From assembly GCA_973895155.1 (NCBI GenBank), contig OZ316893.1, forward strand, positions 21,250,955 to 21,314,954: a stretch of DNA of 64,000 bases. Reading direction: 5' to 3'. This stretch comes from Marsupella aquatica (taxonomy: Eukaryota > Plantae > Marchantiophyta). The notes under the pieces are model-generated. The model was not told where the DNA came from and searched no databases. It saw only the letters and a program-made list of their open reading frames with translations. A program made the translations under genes and the position numbers. Below are positions 11,542 to 23,255 of this stretch, one piece after another; the first letter of the stretch is position 1, and every line of letters starts with the position of its first letter.

Positions 11542-14500
11542 TTAGGTAGTAGAGAACGAATGAGAGTGTCCAAGGTGGGGAGGAGCAACCTGCTTTGGAA
11601 ACGAGAACCCAATGTTCTCAAGCATACCCTGCAATAGAACAGACCAACGCAATCTTAAACAAAGTCCTCATATTGAAGCATGAATGAATTGATATGGACT
11701 CCCCTTCTGTATATCAATATTTCCCAGGTTATCTATAAAGGAGGAGGCTCCAAATTAAATCCTGTGATACCCTCCCACATTACCTTCAAACTACCAAGGC
11801 ACAGTTTCCTTCCAAAACCGGCCATATCCGCTAACTAGTTATGACTCTTGTTCTGCAAGAGGGATCTGGATCCATCATCGAAACCTGAAACAACTCATTG
11901 AAATCCCAACCTCATGACCCCTATCAGAACCAAAGACGGCGTACTCACAGTTGGATCATTGATGCCAAAGGCGACACAGTAATGCTCCTGCCAAAGAACA
12001 CAGTATATTAAGAAATTGGCAACACGCAATGAGATGTCACTGACATTCAAAGACCACTCTCATGGACATGTATCGTCAAGTGACTTACTATCAACTTAAG
12101 ATCCGCATTCAATAACAATAAATACATGAGGAGATTTCAATATATATACCTGCATAATATGCCATTCCTCGAATTCGTCAAATATCTCAAGCCGCTCAAT
12201 CCTAAGACACAGCATAGCGAGAATTAAGACTAGAGCAAAGAATTTCTCCCCCAACCATCACCCGTGATATCCAGGCCAACATCATCCATACATTTGTGAT
12301 ATGTGAAACTTGTTAAAAATTCCCGAAAACCACAGTTTCCTGGACATCTAGATCGTTGTTCCAAGAGATCAATGTCCAATCAGCTAATTCTTAAGCTCAA
12401 GACCTACCTCCTTCTGTCAATGGGGTCCAAGTGTTGGTTGTAGATCACATCCATATTTAGTGCATCTGCTCTCTGCAACAGAAAGGGAAATTTGACAAGA
12501 AAGAAATCAGGGTGACATGATACAACTATCGCAAACTAATTCCTCAAAACAGTCCACAGAACGCAAATGAGGAAGAGAAAGAAGAAAGGGGACGCAAACA
12601 AACAGTGGAGTGAAGTCCCCTAGAAAAACTCAACTTCAGCAATTCCACATCAAGAAGGGCATACACTACTGCTTGAAGATGCTACCTGCTAATGATCAGA
12701 TACAGCGCCCACACCATAATAATAACCCATTGATAACTACAACAGGTCCTTTTCTTAATCGACTTTACAACCAGCAAAGCACTTAACCAAACGCAGGAAC
12801 AGACCTGCCATCCTAGGTCAGTAAAACGTTTCATTTTTGCCTCCAAAGTTGGTGTGTCTTCAAGTCCCAATAAACCACAACCTCGGCTCTGAAAACATGA
12901 GAAGAAGTTTTCCACCCCGTTCAGATTGCCAGACTTGAGCGCACTATAAGGCATGATGTGCACGAAGTCAGTGTTGGAATACAATAACTTAGAGCGCCCT
13001 GAAATGTGCAGTTCTAATGTACCTCAGTACTGCTACACACACCTCTCGGTAACACTCAGGCGTCCAAATTGAACAATGATCTTGAGGTAGACTTACAGAC
13101 CTCAAGGTTTCTAATCATTTGCTGTCCAAATGCGTCGTCGGGATGAATCTGTCATTCCCAGTACAGAAGTTAGGCTACTGAATTGGCTCCCTTTAATCTA
13201 AGTTACTTAACATCCCCGTCATAACTTCATTTTCGATGCTTCTCCTTTACAATAGATAATTATGCCAGACAGAGTTCCGAGACGAACGAAATCAGTGTTA
13301 ACCCAATTCGGTTGGTCGGTGTCCAGAAGCAAATTGGAACTTAAGAGTGAAGAAAGCCCAACTCATTACGAATTTCGATTGAGACTTGTGGTTACAGATC
13401 TAAAGTCCAGGTCGGACAAAACAACCTCAAGAGTGATGTAAAACTACAAGGTCCACAATGGTTCAAGGACAAAAGAAATTATAAGGATTGATAGATAAAC
13501 ATGAGCCAAAGTACGACACCTTCTACAATTAAAACTAGAAGATTTGATTACATGAAACTCCGCAAGCTATCTAAACATACATCCCAAGTTTTGTCTAGTT
13601 CCCCATTGCAGATTGTTAATCCAGTCTTCGGACTGGGATCCCTCCAGTAACTACTACTGAGAAGTGGATTGTGGACATTTCAATCCCTGCGAAAGCAGAA
13701 TATAATACCTGCTCATATATTACAAAAATTGATGTCGACAACTTCTCCGCAGCCCACTTAACAACAGCACGGCTGACTTCAGGGTCCAAGTAAATGAGCA
13801 CACACTCTGCAATGATTATGGTAGGCACACTGGAAGGACAAGGAGACAGTAAAAGTTTTTAATCAAGACTGATGCAAGGTGACATCTAACTGCTGTGGAA
13901 AAACTTAACACAGAAAACTCAAAACCCTGGAGAGAAGTGCATACGAAAATCGGTCGAACGTGGCATCTTTCCGGATAGTTTCTGAAATACTGCCTAGTTT
14001 GAAGACTTATGTGACCAAATATACGACTAATTCATGTCACGCTTAAAAGCTTCGAAAAAAGTATGACAACCACATATCTCCACCATGAAAAAAGTTGCTT
14101 AATTTGCTGTACCTAGCATCCAGACCAGCACGTTCAAACACAGCGTCTAAACCCTTCAGGTCCCGCAAATCAGCAGCCAGTAGCTTGTATTGCTCACTGA
14201 GAATTTCACCCTTCTCTGCACCATTGAGGCCCATCCTAGTGGTATTCACATGTCAGGCTTTCAGATGTAACAAATCAGATAATTACTTGATTTAATTACT
14301 GACAGGCAGATATTAATCAGATGCTTACTACAACGACAATACAAAATTGGGTCCAGGCTACATCAATTAATGATCTAGCTTTAGTTAATACCCGTTAACT
14401 AGTCCAGCTGTTTCATGCTTCGAGAACAACCCAACCTGGCCAACATGGGGTTACTTCCTCAACGGTTAAGTATAGCTAGAAGAGGTTCAGAAATGTGGTC

Positions 14501-16738
14501 TGTTATTATCCTACTGTTTTTGGTAGTTGTGATTGGGGCTGGGGGGACATATACACTTCAACTAGCATCATAAGTCTACAACGTGACACAAGAATACATC
14601 ATGGGAGTCATCTGACGATAGGTCTGATCCTCGGAGAATGGCCTTATCATATAGGGATGGGACCAATGTTAGCAAAAAGAGAGTCGTTGTACCCTTGTGA
14701 ATTTCGACTTCAGGACCAAGGTTGGCAACGAGCTCACCATGCGACGCAATTACTCCAGCCTTTCTACTTGTCACCTGGAAAAATCATTGATGTCCCACAA
14801 AATCCCCCAAAAGTGAGTGATTGACCTCTTTATACTTAAGGGTAGGCAAACGGCATATAACCTGGATAACTTCAAATGTACTTGGAACGCTATGCTGTCG
14901 CAACTTGGACAGATCTTCAAATAACGTCTTTCCATATTTTCAACATAGTTCTTATGCCTTCTCATGTCACCCTTACGTATAGACTGACCCCACAGAATGC
15001 AATAAACCTCGGAACTAAAGAGACTTCCACAATGTATTTTGAGCGTTTGTGCCAGCAGCCCAATAATCACTTGTCTGGATTGGGTACCAGACACGTGTAG
15101 CTTGATTCTTGGGCAAAACCAATTTTCCACAATGAATATTATCAAAACTTATAAGAAGATCCTTTCTGATTGATGTCAATTTCAAAATGCGTACCTCAAT
15201 AAAGTCCAACTCCACAAAGAGATGTGGCGCTCGTCCTTCATCCTGGAGATTGAGAAGCCATGAATGTTATGTGTCACTCTCACTTGCCCAACATCAAGCG
15301 TGCTCATAAAATGAGAGCAAACTCCCTCTTGCGAATCATGAATCTAGTTCATGATAGGCATATCAGTACACGTGCATGCTGTTTGCTCCACGACCTCTCT
15401 CTGACACGTTAGGCTTAGCCTTTGAATATGGCTAGCCAGGAGGCGTCATCACTCCCCCAAAGCACGGATCCTTAGTGGCATCAAGGCCTTCCTTCATTTG
15501 TTGTGAATCTCATGAAATACCTTAAGTTGAAAGAACAAGGTATCGAAACCAGCTCCAAGTGACAAAACTTGCTTCCGCGGTGGAGTTCCATCTGCAGATG
15601 AGGGGTCGGCAACCTCAAGGAACTGGAGCACCAGCTTCCGCATCGCCGCCCAGCGTGCATAATAACCTGCGTTATGCAAGAGTCCAAAGCAATATTGAAC
15701 AACTAAACAGCGGGCAACAGCTCTAGACAAGGCTGTAGCATAGCTCGTCCTCTACGCCAGCCATTAACGTAGGACTGCAGATATCAAATCAACTACAGTG
15801 CAAACTCGCCACACATATGTTTGAAGATGTACCAAACTTGCCTAAACAGACTTAAGAGCCTGCAAATCTTCTCGAAGCACATCACAAATCAAGAATCAGC
15901 AACCTACCTTAAAAGATTTCTGCCTACGTATAACGCTCTTGAGCAAGAAAACCTTTTCAAAATGCACATCAGGATCCGCAACCTGACCCAAATTAAATTC
16001 TTCTTACATGTCATACCTCTGAGCAGGAAAACATTCTCAAATTAAATAAAAGCAGTTATAAAAAACCTAACCTAAATTGAATTCTTCCTAATTACCATAC
16101 ACTTAAGCGACAACCTTCTCAAATACAAATTATCAGGATCAGCAACTGAATTCTACTTGCCGGCCATACTTTTGCGCAGAAAAACCTTCCCAAATTCACT
16201 TAAGAATCAGGAATCAGCAACCTAACCGTACTGAAATTCTTCAGATACCTTATACTTGTGACAATGAAAGTATTCCCAAACGCAGTTCAGTAATCAGGAA
16301 TAAGCAACTTCACCAAAATCTACATCCGTTGTACCTTTCAGACTTTGGAGCATGAAAAGCTTCTTCTCAAACGCACCTCAGAAATCAGAAGTCAGCAACC
16401 TACCCTAAATTGGAATATTTCCGGAGCAGAAAATCTTACCACGATTTATGATCGGGGATCTCTTTAAGGGTCTCCTCACAAAGAATCTGACGTACTTGTC
16501 CTCGATATATCCCTTGCTTACACAAGATCTGCAATTGCGGAATGGCAAACAGAAAATCAAATAGAGATTCTAGTATTTGGGGAAACCCTTCAAGCTGGTA
16601 CGACACTAAATGTCCATCAAACACAAAAACGATAGAAACCATTCAAATTGGCACAACCCCTTCGGAGACATACAATTTGGACGCAGAGGCGTCGTCGTTC
16701 GTAGCCTGCACGGCAGCAACAGAGCTGCTGCCCGCCAT
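11542..16738 (-). CDS. LCMT1: Leucine carboxyl methyltransferase 1 (PP2A catalytic-subunit methyltransferase)
   Basis: The spliced product begins MAGSSSVAAVQATNDDASASKLSCVSKGY...RSPIINRGYYAR. It contains QVLSLGAGFDTLFFQL, FVELDF, YKLLAADLRDL, PTIIIAECVLIYL, YEQIHPDDAFGQQMIRNL and IERLEIFDEFEEWHIMQEHYC. The last exon (acceptor near 11628) reads GMLENIGFSF...STT*. Confidence 0.93.
15860..16438. repeat. Degenerate 80-90-bp tandem array (about 7 copies) in LCMT1 intron 2
   Basis: The pattern gagcagaaaa(c)cttctcaaa...atcaggaatcagcaaccta...aattctt recurs near 15864, 15941, 16021, 16111, 16174, 16264 and 16348. Confidence 0.75.
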
Positions 16739-17477
16739 CTCGCGCAACTCCGCCCAGCTCAGTTCAGTTCAGTTCAGCTCGGCTCCACAATACCACAGCA
16801 ATACCAAAGGAATTACGCAGTACAGAACGCAACAATAGCAACTTCCAGTAATGTGTATATTTCGTTGCGGAATGCAGATTCTTGCACTGTATAGCTCTCC
16901 AAGAACTCTCTAGGCTCACGCTGTGTGACCAGGGATCAGGTGTGCACTAAACCAGGTGTTGCATTCCTTGAAAAGTGCTAACCCCCTAAAATTTGCATTT
17001 CTTACTAATAAAGCGCGAATTGCAGCCTACTTTCACAAGCTAGGGTCTAGAGTGAAGCCTCTAGACCATAACTCTATGGCCCGCTCTATGGTCATCATGT
17101 GTATGGGAAAAACTTATGACATGACTATGATGTATGGACATGTCAGGTTTATGTGATAATTTTTAAATATTTACATTCAAAATATATAGGTAATATGGCC
17201 CCCCCACAACATATGTGCATAGAACATGGATGTGCATACAAAAAGCTTGATGTGCACATCAAGGAGAATGATATATTATATATGACTATTAAAATGTTAA
17301 GTTTTTTTATCAAATCATTAATCTTCAAAGAATATGAATAGAAAATATATTTTGATAATTCTTTTATTGTCATCTCCGCTATTCACGTTCAAAGAACGGG
17401 TAGTCGGGGCTAGTATTGATAAATGTGCATCATTTAGATGCCTTTGTTAAATGTGTAATTATCCAGGGTTTACCTGA

Positions 17478-17595
17478 AATTGATATCCAATTGGATTGGC
17501 GATGGTAGATTGAGCACCACAAAGTGAATGAACATGAATTTGATATCAAATTGTATTGGCTATGGCAGATTGAGCACCACAAAGTGAATGAACAA
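17478..17595. repeat. 60-bp tandem duplication
   Basis: tgatatc.aattg.attggc.atgg.agattgagcaccacaaagtgaatgaaca occurs at 17481 and 17541. Confidence 0.9.
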
Positions 17596-20589
17596 CAACA
17601 TGACTCAAGAAAAAGCACTTGCTCACATTGTAAATGCTTTAATAGGGCGTCTCAATCCTTGGAGTCGCGGGAAAAAAAAGAGGCCCGGAACTAGTAGTTT
17701 CGGTCACCGTTCAGCAGTGTGCGGGACACAGATTTTTGTGTCCGCCACTTTTTTGCCAGGATTCCGTCTCTGACCGCGACTGGAAGTAGCAACGCAAAGT
17801 TTGAGACGCCCTAATGTACCCAAATGATACAAAGAATCCTTGAAAATGAAATTTATTGCAAACCAGCAACATTCTGTGTCCAACGCTTCTTAAAGCTCGC
17901 ATGTGCAATCGGGCCCTCCGTCAGTGAGCAGTCTTGTGACTAGCAACACAAATTGTACATCCATTCCCTAAATTTGGCGCCCAATTCCATAAGTGCATTT
18001 TCTACTCTACTAAGGATGGACATGCATTTATTAGTAAATGCAATTCTATGGATTGATAAGTGCAGATAAACCTTATCAATGGGTTGTGCTTATAAAGTTG
18101 TCATTCAGAAAAATGATTACAGGCCTGAGTGCGCTTAGAAAAGAAATACAAAAATTGCAAAGTCTGTGTACAATAAAAGAGAAGAACAGGGTGTCTTGCG
18201 CTAAACCAATTTTGCAGGGTATGGAGTGCATGCTTAGAGAGAGCCAACTGTACAGTAGAGAGAGAGCTCAATGCGGTTTGCATCAACAGAGTTCTCAGTT
18301 GGCTATTTCCAGGCCCAGCTTCTGGGTTCCATGAGACCCAAGAAGATGGCCAAGTACTTGCCCCCTACAGAACTTGGGATGTCCAGAAGAGCAATCCGGC
18401 ATAGGATGATTTTTAAGGTTTTTCTTTTCTTTGTTGCTAGGGTGGCTAAAGGCACCTTGTGTGAAGGAGACTTTGCTAAGAATATTTTTTATGAGATTTT
18501 CCTAGAATAATTGCTGGCATTTAGGTCTCTCTAGATTTAGGACTAGCCATCAGATTGTGGATAATGGGGTGTGTGGCTAGGTGTGAAACTGACCAATAGA
18601 AGAAAAAGACTTTTCAGTAGTGAATATGGTGAATTTTTGCCACCGAAAGAAACACTGATACAAAGCCAATGTAGTACTTTCCATCAGCCCTCACTTGAAG
18701 CTAAACCTCACTCCAAGCAAAAAATAAATTGTGATAGCACTTTGATGTTTCCAGACACTTTGATGTTTCCATTTTTTCTCTGCAAGTTATTTGTTGGAGA
18801 ATATTTTCTAATCTACCATTTAACTACAATCTTCCTGCAACCACAACAGTTGCTCTTGAAAACACTTCCTCTTTGAAGACATTTTCACTCTGTCAACAAC
18901 AGTTCTTAACAACATTGACCCAAAGGCAAAATTGAACCACAACAATTATATTTTTCAAAGTCACAGCACTTCTTTGCAACATCAATTTCACTTGACAAAG
19001 ATTTCACTCAACAAAGCTTTTGCTAAGCAAGTTCTTTATTTGATGAACTGTTCGACTGACCATTCAGATTCATGCCAATCTTCCCACAAGTGACCTCAAC
19101 ACTTTCTTCATGAAAAACAAAGTACAATGAGAGAGCAAGGAGAGCAAAATGTTGTCAAGCCAGAGAAAAACTTCAATAATCTGACAATCTGATGTTCCTT
19201 AACTCCCTAGTTATAGGTTATGGACACAAAAGTTATGGACTACACAATTCATAGTCCATAACTTTTTGCCATAAGGATTGGTCTTATGCCATAACCATTA
19301 GTCACTGTATAGGTTGGTGAAAGAAAAAAACAATAAAAACTTTTATAGAGTCTTGTGAAAAAGTTATAACCTATTCTTTATAATGGCCAAATGTCATCAT
19401 CCGTAATTTCCAAGCTTTGAGACTCCCTAATATCTCACTAGACTTTCAGTTCTCTTTGTTCTCAACATCAGTTTGCACAGAGACTAAAGTGGGAGAATGA
19501 ATAAATATACTGAAAGAATTGAGTTCCAGCATCGTACAATAAGAGAGCAAGTGTAAAAAAGTAGTCAAATCAGAGAAAAACTTCATTATCTTAGTACACC
19601 ATCTCAGTTTCTTCTTTGCACTCAGTATCAATCAGCAAGAAGAGCAAAAGGGGGAAGATAAAATTAATCTTCTGAAAAGGTGAACTCCAACAAAGTACAA
19701 CAAGAGAGCACTGAGAGAAGAAAAGTCATCCAAAGGCTCAATAAGAAAGGAAGAACTCTTAGTCTAGTCGTCCTAGTCCTCACCGAGCCCCACACTTTTT
19801 CCTGCCTTGCTTGCATGCATTTTGCTTTGCTGCCATGATCATGAATGAGCGAGAAGTGACACTACCAGAACAACTTGTTTTCACTTTTTCTCCCACTAAT
19901 TGGACAAGGAGGAAAAACAAAAGTAGCCAATGGACTGACACTAATTTTATGGACAAGTGCTTTTTGAACGTCCAAGCCTTACAGGGCACCTCTATAAGTA
20001 TCCCATATGGAGTTAAATCATGGACATAAAACAGTTTTATGTCCTAGGTTATAATGCAGTTATGGCAGTGCTCTGATACTCCATAATAACCCCTAATCTT
20101 CTCCCATAATGTTCCCGACTTAGTCAAGCAATTAGCTGCCATTTTTTTAGTGAAAATGTCCTAATCATTAGTGACTAAAGATCCCTAATTCCTAAGCTTG
20201 CAATCCATACTCTTATGTGACATGATATCTTTTGGACACAAGTGATCATGAAGTCAAAGACAAGATTTGTTTTGGACAAAAAAAATGATTGGACATGATA
20301 ATTGAGAGAAGTGTCATGGACGGGTCTTGGTAACTGCACATCAAAATATGACATATACTATATATGATACCCCTACATATTGCACATCAAAATATGATAT
20401 ATATTATATATGATACCCCTACATACAGTGATAATCTTAGTTTTTTGTTTTCAATCAATGAATACAACCACATTTTGATGTGTGATTTACCAGCAAGGGT
20501 CATGGAAAATCTATCAGTCCATCTAAGCTTTAAATTCTATAAAACTACTGTAAGTTTATTCCCAGATATTAAGAGCCAAACTCAAACAT

Positions 20590-21630
20590 TCTTAAAACAA
20601 ACATTCTTAAAACAAGCCGCCTCGAAATATTCAAGGCCCCCAAAGAGTTAATGATAATTGCTTCATGACATTAACAAGCGGCCTCGAAATATTCAAGGCC
20701 CCCAAAGAGTTAATGATAATTGCTTCATGACATTCTTAAAACAAGCGGCCTCGAAATATTCAAGGCCCCAAAGAGTTAATGATCATTGCTTCATCACAGT
20801 ATCAATCTGTAAGTAGCCCCTAATCTTTTCTCATAATGGTCCCGAACTGGTCGAGGAGTCCCTCTTCAAAAGAATGAGATAAATATGCCCTAATCATTCA
20901 TCGCTATAGTACACTCATCACAAGCGTGTAGCAAAAGCAGATTCGTACTTCGTAAACTATTGTAAGTTTTCAATCGTTAATAAATATTTAATTTTATTCA
21001 TAGGTATAAAACTCACTGGAACATGCTTTACAACAAGTGGCCTCGAAAGGTTAAAAGTTCCGAACAGTTAATAATTATTGGCTTCATGACAGATCAATCA
21101 ATAAGTAGCACCCAATCTTCGCCCGTACTGGTCGCCAACTGGTAAAACGGTTCTTCTTCAAAATAATCATTACTTACGACAAATCTATACAGGAAAACTG
21201 AAAAACTCCCTAATTAGTAAAATTTATTCTAGGTTTTTTATCGTTAAAAAATACGATAATTTCGCGGTATAAATCCAGCCAACAGTAAGATTCGTAAAAC
21301 GAGCGGCCTCCAAAGATTCTGAGGCCCCAAAGAATAATGATCATTGCTTCATCACAAAATCAATCAATAAAGAGCCCCTAATATTCTCCCATAAAGATTC
21401 CAAGGCCCAAAAGAATAATGATCATTGCTTCGTCACGAAATCAATGAATAAATAGACCCTAATCCTCACCCAAAAGAATAATGATCATTGCTTCGTCACG
21501 AAATCAATGAATAAATAGACCCTAATCCTCACCCATACTGGTCCCGAACTGGTAAAGCACTTCCTCGTCAAAATAATTGAATAAATATGTCCTAATCCTT
21601 ACTACAATCTCTAGAGTACGCTCATCACAA
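20590..21630. repeat. Complex (higher-order) tandem repeat array
   Basis: A ~63-67-bp subunit (aacaagcggcctcgaaatattcaaggcccc...taatgataattgcttcatgac) occurs 3 times at 20610-20800. Longer ~250-290-bp units restart near 21030 and 21297. A 67-bp sub-duplication lies at 21407-21535. Confidence 0.85.
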
Positions 21631-23255
21631 ATGTCACAGCACAAAGAAGATCCGTGATTCCTTCCTTCAATTTCCTTCCCTTCCTTCTGGACACCAACAG
21701 CTTCGTTCGGATACACATGCAATGCAATGCAACGCAACGAACGAGAAGACGATGCGTGGGCATCAATCTCTCGTCTCCTTCCTTGAAACAGAAGTAATGT
21801 AGTTAGTAGTAATCTCGCCTAAAAGTGTCGTGTCAGCTCACATTTCGGAGGCCCGTCCGAATCCAATCACCTCCCGCGAAATGGGAGAAAGCCCAATCAT
21901 TCCAATGCTCCTTTTTCCCTGATTTGCTCTGAAGCCATGTACGCCTGGAGAGACTAGCGGACTCATCAGAGACCATGCAGTTCAGAGCGTGGGTGTCCTG
22001 TGGGAGAGGAAGAAGAGTAGTACAGTAAAAGAGTTTACAGTAAGCGGCCTCGATTAATTACGCTTTGCTCGTAGCTGATCCAGCTCAGTTTGATTTGTTG
22101 TGCTTATCCTCTCTTGGAGTCTGTGCGAGTACAGTGTTATTACTTTCCAATCAGGAACCCCTACCTTCCTCTGCTTCCTTCTCAATGGACGTGTCGGTGG
22201 GGGCCTCGCAGGAGGGAGGAAGGTGGCGCCGTGGACTCTTTCTGTCGGTATACGTGCTCACTCCTTCTCTTGTGTGTGCTCTCTCGAAGATAGCTGTGTC
22301 AGTGTCCCTCGTCCTTTGAAGTACTGTCTCGTAGAATGCAAATTTTCTGTGCCCCGATTGTTTTGAAGCTCAGAAGCGCCGTTTCGTAGAATGCGAATTG
22401 TCGGTCGGTGCTAGGTCGGTTTCCGGCGGAGAAGAGTGTGCTGAGCGGCTAGTCTTATGATCGTCCTCTTTAGTTGGACTCAAACAACGAGAATGTCCGT
22501 CGGCCTGGAGTTTTTTTCTGCTTGAGGGACATGGATGAGCGTATGGACGCTTCCCTTCGTTCGCGTATCAACGTTCTTCCACTGAGAGAACTACTGTATT
22601 GGCAGCAAATTCAAACGAGCTATGTAGTTGTGGGTACTCGTACTGGCTAGCAATGCCTCTTTACTAAGGAAGGTGCATGGAGGAGGAAGAGGAGAGGAGA
22701 GGAGAGGAGAGGACAGCGATAAACATGCGAGAGGGAGGTTTCTCGAACGCGAAGGTGGCCTGTCGCTGAAGGTCTAGCTGACAGTGGCATATACCTATAG
22801 AACTCACAAATCTGTGATCCGACGTCCCGGTGATGTACTTAGTTCTGTATACGCGGCAACCTAATGGGGGAAAACGAGAGCATAATTTTGATAAGCTGGG
22901 AGAAGAGTAGAGAGTAGCAAGCTAGGTCAGGTCAACGTGCTGTTGGACTGTCAGTTTCAGGGCCAGCTTCCGACGGAGGAGTAGAAGGGGATTGGAAATG
23001 GGCTGTGATAAACTCGTAACCAATGTTCCTCGTCATTTCCTTTTGGTCCACAGGCGTCAGCCAGGCATTGTGACGTGCTGTGCAGAGCGGAGAGGGTGGA
23101 CAGAAGCTAAATGGGCTCCCCAGGGTTACAATTGCAGATCGAGGAATCAAGGGAAAAGAGGAGAGTCCTGCGACGTTGGAGAGGCTGTCAAGATTGGGAA
23201 AGGGAATTAAAGGAAGGGAAAGAAATGTATGGGAAGGGAGGAGATAGATTGATGG

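Noticed and set aside
20590-21630. CRISPR-like appearance of repeated units
   Set aside because: The context is eukaryotic, the sequences between repeats are themselves homologous rather than unique spacers, and there are no cas genes.
22898-22924. Resemblance to miR529/miR156-type sequence
   Set aside because: It needs several bulges, no hairpin partner is visible, and the similarity is explained by GA-rich low complexity.
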